DNA from: Vicinamibacterales bacterium
GTDB lineage: Bacteria > Acidobacteriota > Vicinamibacteria > Vicinamibacterales > 2-12-FULL-66-21
Assembly (NCBI GenBank): GCA_036496585.1
Contig: DASXLB010000029.1
Coordinates: forward strand, 1,535 to 65,534
Length of the DNA stretch: 64,000 nucleotides
Direction of reading: 5' to 3'
The position numbers were made by a program, and so were the translations under genes. Below the pieces are notes generated by a model. The model was given only the letters and a program-made list of their open reading frames with translations, ran no database searches and was not told where the DNA came from. Positions 1 to 12,409 of the stretch are shown here, one piece after another. The first letter of the stretch is position 1; every line of letters begins with the position of its first letter.

Positions 1-401
1 TGGGCCAGCTCCTGTGGGACTACGTCGGCATGGCCCGCAACGCCGAGGGGCTCAGACACGCCCTCGCCGAGATCCCGCGGCTGCGCGACGAGTTCTGGCA
101 GAACCTCTCGGTTCCGGGCGAACCCGGCAACCTGAACAAGAACCTCGAGTACGCCGGCCGCGTCGCCGACTACCTCGAATTCGCCGAAGTCCTGGCGCTC
201 GACGCGCTGCAGCGCACGGAATCGTGCGGCGGCCACTTCCGCGAGGAGAGTCAGACGCCCGACGGCGAAGCGCTGCGCGACGACGAGCGCTTCTCGTACG
301 TGGCCGCGTGGGAATTCAAGGGCGTCGGCGCGCCGCCCGAGCTCCACAAGGAGCCGCTCACCTTCGAGTACGTGAAACCGTCACAGCGCAGCTACAAGTA
401 A
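1..401 (+). CDS. sdhA: Succinate dehydrogenase/fumarate reductase flavoprotein subunit, C-terminal fragment (gene starts upstream of the window)
   Basis: The frame-3 ORF is open from the window edge. The C-terminal motif '...[33 protein letters not shown]...' is typical of SdhA/FrdA. It is followed 3 nt later by the Fe-S subunit gene. Confidence 0.85.
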   Translation, partial: GQLLWDYVGMARNAEGLRHALAEIPRLRDEFWQNLSVPGEPGNLNKNLEYAGRVADYLEFAEVLALDALQRTESCGGHFREESQTPDGEALRDDERFSYVAAWEFKGVGAPPELHKEPLTFEYVKPSQRSYK

Positions 402-404
402 CTC

Positions 405-1154
<750 letters not shown>

Positions 1155-1184
1155 GGAAGCCCCCGGCGCCGCCGCCACGGTCCC

Positions 1185-4079
1185 CTATCGCGTAAAGGCG
1201 ATCGGCGCGGAACGGCCGCTCCCCGACGCGTTCACCGCCGACACCGTCAACTGGTAGTTGCCCAGCGCCAGCGCGCTGAAGAACGTGGGCACCGACACCG
1301 TGATGGTATTGGTGCCGTCGGGAGTTGGCTTGCCGGCGTCCATGGTTGCCACCGGCGTCGCGGTGTTGGGATCGGCGCCCGCCGCGAAGACGTCGATGCG
1401 ATACGACGTAACCGTGGCGTTGTCGGGCGACGCCGTGAACGCGATGCCGGTCGGCGGTGCCACGGCGGCAGTGACCGTCACCGATACCGCCGCCGAGCGG
1501 GTGCTGAGGCCACCGGCGTCATAGGCGACGACCGTCAGGGAGTAGGTGCCGGCCGCGATCGACGACCACGTGAACGAGTAGGGAGACGAGGTGTCGGTGC
1601 CGAGCAGGGTCGTGCCGTTGTAGAACTCGACTTTGCTCATCTTGTTCTCTGGATCCGACGCATTCGCCGCGATGGTGATCAACGCGGGAGCAGTGAAGGA
1701 CGCCCCGGACGCCGGCGACGAAATCGACACCGTCGGCGGCTGGTTCGCGGCGGCGTTCACCGTGACGCTGACAGCCGACGAACGCGTGTTCAGCCCGCTC
1801 GTGTCATACGCAACCGCGGTCAGCGAATACGTCCCGGCCGCGACCGACGACCACGTGAACGAATAGGGAGACGAGGTGTCGGTGCCGAGCAGGGTCGTGC
1901 CGTTGTAGAACTCGACCTTGCTCAGCTGATTCTCCGGATCCGACGCATTCGCCGCAATGGTGATCGACGCGGGCGCCGTGAAAGACGCTCCGGCCGCCGG
2001 CGACGAGATCGACGCGGTCGGTGGCTGGTTCGCGGCGGCGTTGACGGTGACGCTGACAGCCGACGAACGCGTGTTCAGCCCGCTCGTGTCATAGGCTACG
2101 GCGGTCAGCGAATACGTCCCGGCCGCGACCGACGACCACCTGAACGAATAGGGAGACGAGGTGTCGGTGCCGAGCAGGGTCGTGCCGTTGTAGAACTCGA
2201 CTTTGCTCAGCTTGTTCTCCGGATCGGACGCATTCGCCGCGATGGTGATCGACGCGGGAGCGGTGAAGGACGCCCCGGACGCCGGCGACGAAATCGACAC
2301 CGTCGGCGGCTGATTGGCCCCGGTGACGGTGACCGTGACCGGTGCCGAGCGGGTGGTCGCGCCCGCTCCGTCGTAGGCCAGCGCCGTGATGGAGTAGGTG
2401 CCGGCCGGGACCGACGCCCAGGTATCGGCGTATGGTGCGGTGAATTCCGTCCACAGCAAGGCGGTGCCGCTGTAGAACTCTACCTTCGTGAGTTGCCCTT
2501 CCGGATCGGACGCGGTCGCCGACAACGGGATGGAGGCGGGCGCCGCGTACGTCGCGCCATTTGTTGGTGACGTCATCGAGACCGTCGGCGGCTGGTTCCC
2601 AGCCCCGCTCACCGTCACGCTTACGAGTGAGGAGGTGGTATGGAGCCCGCCGCTGTCATACGCAATTGCCGTCAGCGAATACGTGCCGGCCGCGACCGAC
2701 GACCACGTGAACGAATACGGAGATGAGGTGTCGGTGCCGAGCAGGGTCGTGCCGTTGTAGAACTCGACCTTGCTCAGTTGGTTCTCCGGGTCCGACGCGC
2801 TGGCGGTCATCGTGATCGACGCCGGCGCGCTGTAGGTCGCACCGGCCGCGGGTGATGTCAGCGAGACCGTCGGCGGCTGGTTCGTCGCCTGCGCGGAGGT
2901 AATGACCAGCGAATCGGCGGTCACGTCGGTGGCGGCCTTTGGATTGTGGCTCGTCGCCGCGATGCCGACGTAGACCGTGTCTGCCATCGCGATCGAGTCG
3001 GACCCGATCAGCGTCCAGTTCTTCCCGTCGGTGGACTGATAGGCCGTCAGCAGGGAGCCGGCGCGGGTCAGACGCACCCAGCCGGGCGCGACGCCGGACG
3101 ATCCGGACGTACTCACGCTGTCGCCGCCGGCTTGCGGGCGCCGCTGGAACGCGTAGCCGTGGCCCGCCGAGAGCAGCGCAAAGGCTTGCGGCGAGTTCGC
3201 GTTGAGCGTCTCACGAATCATGACGCCCGCCTTCGACCACGCCGAGGCGGCGCTGACGGAATCGACGCGCGTTGACACGTCGACGTCGCCGGTCACCGGC
3301 TGATAGACGAAATGAAATTGATCGGAAGTGCCCCAGATGTCGGTGCCGCCGGCGTGAACCTGATAGACGCCGTTGGCGAAGCTCGCCGCGCCGGCGACGG
3401 CGGGTGCGCCGATGTCGGCATGCTGCTGGCCGGCCGGCAGCCCGAGCGGGGTCACCGAGATCTGCGAGAGCGCCGCAGTCGTCGCGCCAGACGCGTTATG
3501 GCTCGTCACCGCGAGTCCGACGTAGGCCGACGCCGAGAGCTGAATGGTGTCGCTCGAAATCAGCGTCCAGGCGCTGCCATCGGCAGAGGTGTAGGCGGAT
3601 ACGGTGCTGCCCTGACGAACCAGGCGCACCCACTGAGGAGCCGACTTGGCGGGACCTGCCGTGTGCGAGCTGGAGGCGCCCGTAACCGTGCGGCGCTGGA
3701 AGGCGGTGCCGTTCGCCGCCGACACCAGCGCAAACCCCTGCGCGGCATTGGCGGCGAGCGAGCCGCGAATCATGACGCCCGCTTTCGACCACGACGAGGC
3801 GTTGGTCACGCTGTCGACTCGCGCGCGGACATCGACGTCGCCGCTCACCTGCTGATAGACGAAATGAAATTGATCGGACGTGCCCCAGATGTCGGTGCCG
3901 CCGGCGGTGATGGTGAACCCGGTGGCCGTACTCGAGGCGCTGCCGGCGATCGCGGGCGACCCGATGTCCTGATCGGCCCACGTGACTTGATCCGCCTGCT
4001 GCGCGCGCACGTGCGCACCACTGCCAATCGCCACGATCGCCGCCGCGATAAGAGCCCATCGACCAACTCGCACACGCAT
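1185..4079 (-). CDS. Large secreted surface/adhesin-like protein: signal peptide, two ~190-aa ConA/LamG-like modules, five Ig-like repeats, one Fn3-like C-terminal module
   Basis: The ORF in the track runs to 4652, but that extension overlaps mdh. An in-frame ATG at 4079 gives 'MRVRVGRWALIAAAIVAIGSGAHVRAQQ', a clear signal peptide. The duplicated module contains 'GGTDIWGTSDQFHFVYQ.V.GDVDV..RVDSV....WSKAGVMIR'. Five repeats of 'NQPPTVS..SP..GA...AP..I...A.ASDPE....KVEFY.GT.LL......PY...W.SV.AGTYSLTA.AYD' follow. Confidence 0.8.
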   Translation of the reverse strand: MRVRVGRWALIAAAIVAIGSGAHVRAQQADQVTWADQDIGSPAIAGSASSTATGFTITAGGTDIWGTSDQFHFVYQQVSGDVDVRARVDSVTNASSWSKAGVMIRGSLAANAAQGFALVSAANGTAFQRRTVTGASSSHTAGPAKSAPQWVRLVRQGSTVSAYTSADGSAWTLISSDTIQLSASAYVGLAVTSHNASGATTAALSQISVTPLGLPAGQQHADIGAPAVAGAASFANGVYQVHAGGTDIWGTSDQFHFVYQPVTGDVDVSTRVDSVSAASAWSKAGVMIRETLNANSPQAFALLSAGHGYAFQRRPQAGGDSVSTSGSSGVAPGWVRLTRAGSLLTAYQSTDGKNWTLIGSDSIAMADTVYVGIAATSHNPKAATDVTADSLVITSAQATNQPPTVSLTSPAAGATYSAPASITMTASASDPENQLSKVEFYNGTTLLGTDTSSPYSFTWSSVAAGTYSLTAIAYDSGGLHTTSSLVSVTVSGAGNQPPTVSMTSPTNGATYAAPASIPLSATASDPEGQLTKVEFYSGTALLWTEFTAPYADTWASVPAGTYSITALAYDGAGATTRSAPVTVTVTGANQPPTVSISSPASGASFTAPASITIAANASDPENKLSKVEFYNGTTLLGTDTSSPYSFRWSSVAAGTYSLTAVAYDTSGLNTRSSAVSVTVNAAANQPPTASISSPAAGASFTAPASITIAANASDPENQLSKVEFYNGTTLLGTDTSSPYSFTWSSVAAGTYSLTAVAYDTSGLNTRSSAVSVTVNAAANQPPTVSISSPASGASFTAPALITIAANASDPENKMSKVEFYNGTTLLGTDTSSPYSFTWSSIAAGTYSLTVVAYDAGGLSTRSAAVSVTVTAAVAPPTGIAFTASPDNATVTSYRIDVFAAGADPNTATPVATMDAGKPTPDGTNTITVSVPTFFSALALGNYQLTVSAVNASGSGRSAPIAFTR
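1458..2882 (-). repeat. Five tandem 285-bp coding repeats (Ig-like domains); repeats 3-5 are nearly identical
   Basis: The string 'cggcggctggtt' (reverse complement of the NQPP codons), or a close variant of it, recurs at about 1733, 2018, 2303, 2587 and 2872. The period is 285 bp. The translated repeats 3-5 differ at only a few residues. Confidence 0.85.
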
Positions 4080-4254
4080 GCGCACTCTCCCCCATGCGTG
4101 TCCGCAGCGCCACGCACGCGATCCATCGGCAAGGCAAGAATGCTGCCCGCTCGATGCCGACGAGCTCTGCCGCAAATCACGGAGAAAAAACGGGAGAGCG
4201 ATGCGCGCCTCGTTTACGGATGAGCGGCGTCGCGCGGATGCGCGGCAGATCGCT

Positions 4255-4285
4255 GTGTAACTATGCGTGCGGCGGGTGTAACTAT
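4255..4285. promoter_or_regulatory. Perfect 10-bp direct repeat GTGTAACTAT x2 with 21-bp centre spacing, upstream of the adhesin-like gene
   Basis: 'gtgtaactat' occurs at 4255-4264 and again at 4276-4285. Both lie in a visibly lower-GC 390-bp intergenic region, about 180-200 bp upstream of the ATG at 4079. A regulatory function is inferred only. Confidence 0.3.
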
Positions 4286-4471
4286 TGCGATGCGACTTGC
4301 TTTTCGGCGGGCCGCCGATCGAACCGATGCGCTGGCGCGCGGCGCCGAACCATCCGTGCGGTGGCTGGTTGAAGAGGGTAATTCGGGACTGAATGTGGGA
4401 AGTAATGAATGACTGACTGACGGCCGCAGGCGCGGCCGCCAGCTCTACCGGGCGAGACCCTATCTTTTGGA

Positions 4472-5416
4472 CTAGACCTTGATGACGTCGGTCAATTCCT
4501 TGACCGCCGCGGCCGATTTCTTCAGCGCCGCGTCTTCCTCGGACGTCAACTTGATTTCGATGATCTGCTCGACGCCGCGCGCGCCGAGCTTGACCGGAAC
4601 CCCGACGAACAGATCGCGGATCCCGTACTCGCCCTGGAGGAACACCGAGCACGGCACGATCTTCTTCTTGTCCTTCAGGATGATCTCGACCATTTCGGCC
4701 GCCGCCGAGCCCGGCGCGTACCAGGCGCTCGTCCCCACCAGCTTGGTGATCTCGGCGCCGCCGCTGGCGGTCCGTACGCAGATCGCGTCGATGACCTCCT
4801 TGGTCAGCCCCGGGTACTCGGGCAGCGGAATCCCGGAGATCGTCGAGTAGCGCGGCAGCGGCACCATCGTGTCGCCGTGGCCGCCGAGCACGAACGCGTG
4901 GATGTTCTCCACCGACACGCCGGTCTCCATCGCGATGAACGCGCGCATGCGGGCCGAATCGAGCACGCCCGCCATGCCGATCACCCGCTCACGCGGAAAC
5001 TTGCTCAGCCGGTACACCGCCTGGCACATCGCGTCGAGCGGGTTGGCCACCGGGACGATGATGGTATTGGGCGAATACCTGACGATCTGCTCGGTGACCG
5101 ACTGCATGATCCCGAAGTTGACGTTGAGCAGATCGTCGCGGCTCATGCCAGGCTTGCGCGGCACGCCGGAGGTGATGACGACGACGTCGGAGTTCGCGGT
5201 CTCCTGCCAGCCGGCCTCGTTGGCGCCGGCGCCGATGATCCGCGAATCGGAGCCCTCGATCGGGCACGCCTCGTACATGTCGAGCGCGATCCCCTGCGCC
5301 TTCTGCTCGGCGATGTCGATGATGACGACGTCGGCGAGCTCCTTGTCGGCGATCGCCCGCGCGACGGTCGCGCCGACGTTGCCGGCGCCTCCTACGACGG
5401 TGACTTTTCTGTTCAT
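4472..5416 (-). CDS. mdh: Malate dehydrogenase (LDH-like family)
   Basis: 314 aa. The N-terminal Rossmann motif is '[32 protein letters not shown]'. Also present: '[17 protein letters not shown]' and 'GGHGDTMVP'. Confidence 0.92.
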   Translation of the reverse strand: MNRKVTVVGGAGNVGATVARAIADKELADVVIIDIAEQKAQGIALDMYEACPIEGSDSRIIGAGANEAGWQETANSDVVVITSGVPRKPGMSRDDLLNVNFGIMQSVTEQIVRYSPNTIIVPVANPLDAMCQAVYRLSKFPRERVIGMAGVLDSARMRAFIAMETGVSVENIHAFVLGGHGDTMVPLPRYSTISGIPLPEYPGLTKEVIDAICVRTASGGAEITKLVGTSAWYAPGSAAAEMVEIILKDKKKIVPCSVFLQGEYGIRDLFVGVPVKLGARGVEQIIEIKLTSEEDAALKKSAAAVKELTDVIKV

Positions 5417-5466
5417 GGGTCCTCTGGCTGTCTCGTGCTATGGAAGATCCGCCGCCGCGGCGGCGT

Positions 5467-6798
5467 CTACATGTGCGCTATGAGGCGGTCGCCGAACTCA
5501 GAGCACTTCACCTCGGTCGCCCCGTCCATCAGCCGGGCGAAGTCGTAGGTGACCGTCCTGGCTGAAATGGCTCCGTCCATACCCTTCACCACCAGGTCCG
5601 CAGCTTCCGGCCAGCCCATGTGCCGCAGCATCATTTCGCCGGAGAGCACCACCGAGCCGGGATTGACCTTGTCGAGGTTCGCGTACTTCGGCGCGGTGCC
5701 GTGCGTCGCTTCGAAAATGGCGTGGCCGGTCACGTAGTTGATGTTGCCGCCCGGCGCGATGCCGATGCCGCCGACCTGCGCCGCCAGCGCGTCGGAGAGA
5801 TAGTCGCCATTCAGGTTGGGCGTGGCGATGACGTCGAATTCGTCGGGGCGGGTCAGCACCTGCTGCAGCGTGATGTCGGCGATGGCATCCTTGATCAGGA
5901 GGCCGGCGCCCGGCTTCCCGTCCGCGATTCGGCACCACGGGCCGCCGTCCACCTCCACGGCGCCGAAGAACTGCTTCGCGACCTGATAGCCCCAGTCGCG
6001 GAAGGCGCCTTCGGTGAACTTCATGATGTTGCCCTTGTGGACAAGGGTCACGCTCTTGCGCCGGTTCTGGATGGCGTAGGTGATGGCGCTGTGAATCAGC
6101 CGCTCCGAGCCCAGATAGCTGATCGGTTTGAGGCCGACGCCCACCTGCACCGCCACCTCGCGGTGCGGCGCGCCGATCTCCTCGAGCCCACGCTGCCATC
6201 CCTGCGAGGCCTCGGCGGTGCCGAACCGCACTTTCTTGAAGTCCTTCGGGAATTCGCGCGCGAAGAAGTCGAGGACCTTCTGCGCTTCCGGCGTGCCGCT
6301 GGCGTACTCGATGCCGGCGTAGATATCCTCCGTATTCTCCCGGAAGATCACCATGTCGATCTTTTCGGGGTGCTTCACGGGCGACGGCACGCCCCGATAC
6401 CAGCGGACCGGCCGCAGGCAGACATAGAGATCGAGCAGCTGCCGGAGCGCGACGTTCAACGAGCGAATGCCGCCGCCCACCGGCGTCGTCAACGGCCCTT
6501 TGATGCCAACGTAGTACTCGCGAAACGCCTCGACGGTGTCGGCCGGCAGCCAGTCGTTGAACTGCTTGGCGCTCTTCTCGCCGGCGAACACCTCGAACCA
6601 CGCGATCTTGCGCGTCCCGCCATACGCCTTGGCGATCGCCGCGTCCAGCACCCGCACGCTGGCGCGCCAGATGTCGGGACCCGTGCCGTCACCTTCGATA
6701 TAAGGAATGATCGGATCGTCGGGTACGACGAGGCGTCCGTTCTTCCGGGTGATGGCAGTGCCGGTGGTCGGCGGCTTCAAGATCGAGAAATTCGGCAT
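5467..6798 (-). CDS. icd: Isocitrate dehydrogenase (NADP-dependent, homodimeric type)
   Basis: 443 aa. Motifs '[14 protein letters not shown]', '[22 protein letters not shown]' and '[10 protein letters not shown]' are characteristic of Icd. Confidence 0.92.
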   Translation of the reverse strand: MPNFSILKPPTTGTAITRKNGRLVVPDDPIIPYIEGDGTGPDIWRASVRVLDAAIAKAYGGTRKIAWFEVFAGEKSAKQFNDWLPADTVEAFREYYVGIKGPLTTPVGGGIRSLNVALRQLLDLYVCLRPVRWYRGVPSPVKHPEKIDMVIFRENTEDIYAGIEYASGTPEAQKVLDFFAREFPKDFKKVRFGTAEASQGWQRGLEEIGAPHREVAVQVGVGLKPISYLGSERLIHSAITYAIQNRRKSVTLVHKGNIMKFTEGAFRDWGYQVAKQFFGAVEVDGGPWCRIADGKPGAGLLIKDAIADITLQQVLTRPDEFDVIATPNLNGDYLSDALAAQVGGIGIAPGGNINYVTGHAIFEATHGTAPKYANLDKVNPGSVVLSGEMMLRHMGWPEAADLVVKGMDGAISARTVTYDFARLMDGATEVKCSEFGDRLIAHM

Positions 6799-6965
6799 TA
6801 GGTCACGTCCCCGTCCCGGCGTTACCGGTTGTTCACAGAAACTGTGGAAAAGTTTGTGGAAAACCTCGTCCAGTTCGCGGCTCTCGCCGCGTCAAATCGA
6901 GGGTTTCAGCGGTTTGCACCATCATGGTGCGTGCCGCGCATGCAAACGCGACATTATAATCTGGC

Positions 6966-8537
6966 GTGCACATCGTCATTGCAGATTCTCTCCCCGCTTC
7001 CGCCGCCGATTCGCTTCGTGCCGCCGGATACACCGTCGATGCCCGCTCCGGGCGCAAACCCGATGAACTCGCCCGCGACCTTGCCAATGCGGATGCGTTG
7101 ATCGTCCGCAGCGCGACGCAGGTGACCGCGGCGCTGATCGCAGCCGCTCCCAACCTGCGCGTCGTCGCGCGCGCCGGCACCGGCGTCGACAACGTCGACG
7201 TGCCGGCAGCGACCGCGCGCGGCGTCCTCGTGATGAATGCCGCCGGCGCCAACAGCATCAGCGTGGCCGAGCTGGCAGTCGGGATGATCCTCGCGCTGGC
7301 GCGCATGCTGCCCGCCGCCGACGCCTCGATGAAGGCCGGCATCTGGGACAAGAAGCGCTTCATGGGCACAGAGGTCCGCGGCCACAAGCTCGGCGTCATC
7401 GGCTTTGGCCGCATCGGCCGCGAAGTCGCCGCGCGCGCCAGGGCGCTCGGCATGGACATTCTGGCGTACGACCCGTTCTTCACCGCGCGCGCCGCCGACG
7501 CGGCGGGCGTATCGCTCGTCGATCTCGACGAGATCGTCGCCCAGGCCGACTGGATCTCGCTGCACGTCCCGGCGCTGCCGGAGACCCGGCACCTGATCAA
7601 CGCGGAGCGGCTGCAGAAGATGAAGAAGGGGGTCCGGATCATCAACACCGCGCGCGGCGAGCTGATCGACGAAAAGGCGCTGGCCGACGCCATCGAGTCG
7701 GGCCACGTCGCCGGTGCGGGTCTCGACGTGTTCGAGCAGGAGCCGCCTCCCGACAAGCGGCTGCAGATGCTGCCGCAGGTGGTGGCGACGCCGCACATCG
7801 CGGCCTCGACGCACGAAGCGCAGGAGGCCGTCGGCACCGAGATTGCCGTGCAGGTGCGTGACTATCTGCAGGAAGGGATCATCCGCAACGCCGTCAACTT
7901 CCCGTCGGTCCCGCAGGACGACGTCCCGACGTTGCGGCCGTATCTGCAGCTCGCGCAGAAGCTCGGATCGATCGTGGCGCAGCTCCTGACGGAACGTCCG
8001 ACCTCGGTCGGCGTCCGCTACTACGGTCCGTTGGTCACGGCCTACGAGAACGTGATCGGCAGCGCGGTGCTGACCGGCGTGCTCGGGCGTTCGGCCGACA
8101 GCGTGACCGCGGTCAACAGCCGCGCGGTCGCGGTCGAGCGCGGCATCGAGCTGGTCGAATCGCGGAGCTCGCGCTCCCGCGATTTCACGCACGTGATTTC
8201 CGTCAAGCTGGGCGGCGAGACGCAGGAACGCTGGGTCGAAGGGGTGGTGGTCGAGCCGGGCCATCCGCGGCTGTGCAGCCTCGACGGCGTGCCGGTGGAG
8301 GCGAACCTCGCCGGCACCATCGTCGTCACCGCCAACGACGACCGTCCCGGCGTGATCGGCGACATCGGGACGATGTTCGGCCGCCACGGGGTGAACATCG
8401 CGAGCTTCGCGCTCGGGCGGGCCGGCCACACCGCGGTCGGCGTCATCACGGTGGACGAAGGCGTCGGGCTGGAAACGGCGGTGAGCGAAATCCGCAAGCT
8501 GAAGGCGATTCGCGAAGCCACTATCGCCCGGGTCTAG
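6966..8537 (+). CDS. serA: D-3-phosphoglycerate dehydrogenase (long form with C-terminal ACT domain)
   Basis: 523 aa with a GTG start. It has the 2-hydroxyacid dehydrogenase NAD motif 'LGVIGFGRIGREVA' and 'TPHIAASTHEAQ'. The C-terminal ACT-like segment is 'IVVTANDDRPGVIGDIGTMFGRHGVNIASF'. Confidence 0.9.
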   Translation: MHIVIADSLPASAADSLRAAGYTVDARSGRKPDELARDLANADALIVRSATQVTAALIAAAPNLRVVARAGTGVDNVDVPAATARGVLVMNAAGANSISVAELAVGMILALARMLPAADASMKAGIWDKKRFMGTEVRGHKLGVIGFGRIGREVAARARALGMDILAYDPFFTARAADAAGVSLVDLDEIVAQADWISLHVPALPETRHLINAERLQKMKKGVRIINTARGELIDEKALADAIESGHVAGAGLDVFEQEPPPDKRLQMLPQVVATPHIAASTHEAQEAVGTEIAVQVRDYLQEGIIRNAVNFPSVPQDDVPTLRPYLQLAQKLGSIVAQLLTERPTSVGVRYYGPLVTAYENVIGSAVLTGVLGRSADSVTAVNSRAVAVERGIELVESRSSRSRDFTHVISVKLGGETQERWVEGVVVEPGHPRLCSLDGVPVEANLAGTIVVTANDDRPGVIGDIGTMFGRHGVNIASFALGRAGHTAVGVITVDEGVGLETAVSEIRKLKAIREATIARV

Positions 8538-9055
8538 CGAAGCGCCAGTCGGCGATAGCCTTTCGTCAGCTGGTCTTCGAGTTCGACGGCGTCGGCGCCG
8601 ATCTTGGTGACCCGGTAGCGGTCGCCGACGGCGTCCCCTTCCGCCACCATATAGATGGTGTCGCCGTCGCCGCCGACGATCGCGGTGCGCTTCGAGCCGG
8701 CCGCCGTCTGCTCTTCCGCGATGCCCATCAGTGTGAGGGTCGGGGTCGGCGGCGAGAGGAGCGGGACGGCGGCGGCGACAGCCGGAGCGGAGACGGGCGC
8801 GTCGCGCAGATCGCGGCGTTCCTGGAACATGAAAGGGTTGCGCGCGTGCGAGCCTGGCACCGGCGCGTGCTCGAGGGCGTCGTGGAGGCGCGAGGCCTGC
8901 ACGCCGACTTCGGTGGCAATCGCCTCGGGGGCATCGCGGTGTGATACGCGCACGGGGACATCGGCTGTCGTCGCGTCCTGCGGCAGGTTCGCCGCGGCGG
9001 CATACGCGACGAGGAGCACACCGCCGACACTGTAGAGCGCACGGCGCGTCTTCAT
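8534..9055 (-). CDS. Hypothetical membrane-anchored protein with a PilP/GspC-HR-like C-terminal region
   Basis: 173 aa. It has an N-terminal TM/signal segment ('ALYSVGGVLLVAYAAAA') and the motif 'RNPFMF'. The C-terminus 'LTLMGIAEE...KRTAIVGGDGDTIYMVAEGDAVGDRYRVTKIGADAVELED' resembles the PilP / GspC HR-domain pattern. This is a by-eye similarity only. Confidence 0.55.
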   Translation of the reverse strand: MKTRRALYSVGGVLLVAYAAAANLPQDATTADVPVRVSHRDAPEAIATEVGVQASRLHDALEHAPVPGSHARNPFMFQERRDLRDAPVSAPAVAAAVPLLSPPTPTLTLMGIAEEQTAAGSKRTAIVGGDGDTIYMVAEGDAVGDRYRVTKIGADAVELEDQLTKGYRRLALR

Positions 9056-9142
9056 GGTGGGCTGTTCCGGTAACTACATCGTAGCACCGAAGCGTGGGCG
9101 CGGCGCGCGGCGCGGCGCGATCGGCGGCATCGTGCGACGGCT

Positions 9143-11568
<2,426 letters not shown>

Positions 11569-11572
11569 GCGC

Positions 11573-12409
11573 GTGACACCCCGCACCGTCGACGCCGGTG
11601 GCGTCAGCATTGGCGGCGGCCCGCTGGTGCTCATCGCGGGTCCGTGCGTCATCGAAAGCGAGGCGCACGCCGTCGACACGGCGCTCGCGCTCGTTGAGAT
11701 TACCCGGCGCGCCGGCGTGCCGTTCGTGTTCAAGGCGTCGTACGACAAGGCGAACCGCACCTCGACGACCTCCTTCCGCGGGCCAGGCCTTGCCGACGGC
11801 CTTCGGGTGCTGGCGCGCGTACGCGAAACGGCCCGGGTGCCGATCCTGACCGACATCCACGAGGCGTCGCACGCCGCGCCGGCCGCCGAGGTCGCCGACG
11901 TGCTCCAGATCCCGGCCTTCCTGTCGCGACAGACCGACTTGATCCAGGCGGCGGCCCGCACCCAGCGCGCGGTCAACATCAAGAAGGGACAGTTCCTCGC
12001 GCCGCTCGACATGCGCCACGCCGTCGACAAGGCGGCGGCTGAGGGCAACCACAAGGTGATCCTCACCGAACGCGGCGTCAGCTTCGGCTATCACAACCTC
12101 GTCGTCGACATGCGCGCATTTCCGATCATGCGCGGGCTCGGCTGCCCGGTCGTCTACGACGTGACCCACAGCCTGCAGCTGCCGGGCGCCGGCAACGGCG
12201 TGACCGCGGGACAGGCCGAGTTCATCGAGCCGATGGCCTGCGCCGGCGTCGCCGCCGGCGTCGACGGCGTGTTCATGGAAGTGCACGAAGAGCCGGCGCG
12301 GGCGAAGAGCGACGCCCAGAACGCGCTGAGGCTGGATCTGCTGCCGGCCCTCCTCGACAAGCTCGTGCAGATTCACGACATCGCGCATCGCACGGTGGCG
12401 GTCCAATGA
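11573..12409 (+). CDS. kdsA: 2-dehydro-3-deoxyphosphooctonate aldolase (Kdo-8-P synthase)
   Basis: 278 aa with a GTG start. Motifs 'LIAGPCVIES', 'FKASYDKANR' and 'VYDVTHSLQLPG'. Confidence 0.92.
   Translation: MTPRTVDAGGVSIGGGPLVLIAGPCVIESEAHAVDTALALVEITRRAGVPFVFKASYDKANRTSTTSFRGPGLADGLRVLARVRETARVPILTDIHEASHAAPAAEVADVLQIPAFLSRQTDLIQAAARTQRAVNIKKGQFLAPLDMRHAVDKAAAEGNHKVILTERGVSFGYHNLVVDMRAFPIMRGLGCPVVYDVTHSLQLPGAGNGVTAGQAEFIEPMACAGVAAGVDGVFMEVHEEPARAKSDAQNALRLDLLPALLDKLVQIHDIAHRTVAVQ

Noticed and set aside
4080-4652. N-terminal 191-aa extension of the adhesin-like ORF (track start at 4652)
   Set aside because: The extension overlaps the 3' end of mdh and crosses a lower-GC non-coding-looking region. 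The internal ATG at 4079 yields a canonical signal peptide.
6955-6960. TATAAT hexamer 5 nt upstream of the serA GTG, considered as a -10 box
   Set aside because: There is no acceptable -35 at 16-18 nt ('tgccgc'). The spacing would imply a leaderless GTG-initiated mRNA. That is too weak to annotate. The nearby palindromes (CACAG-AAA-CTGTG, GCACCAT-C-ATGGTGC) were noted but not interpretable.
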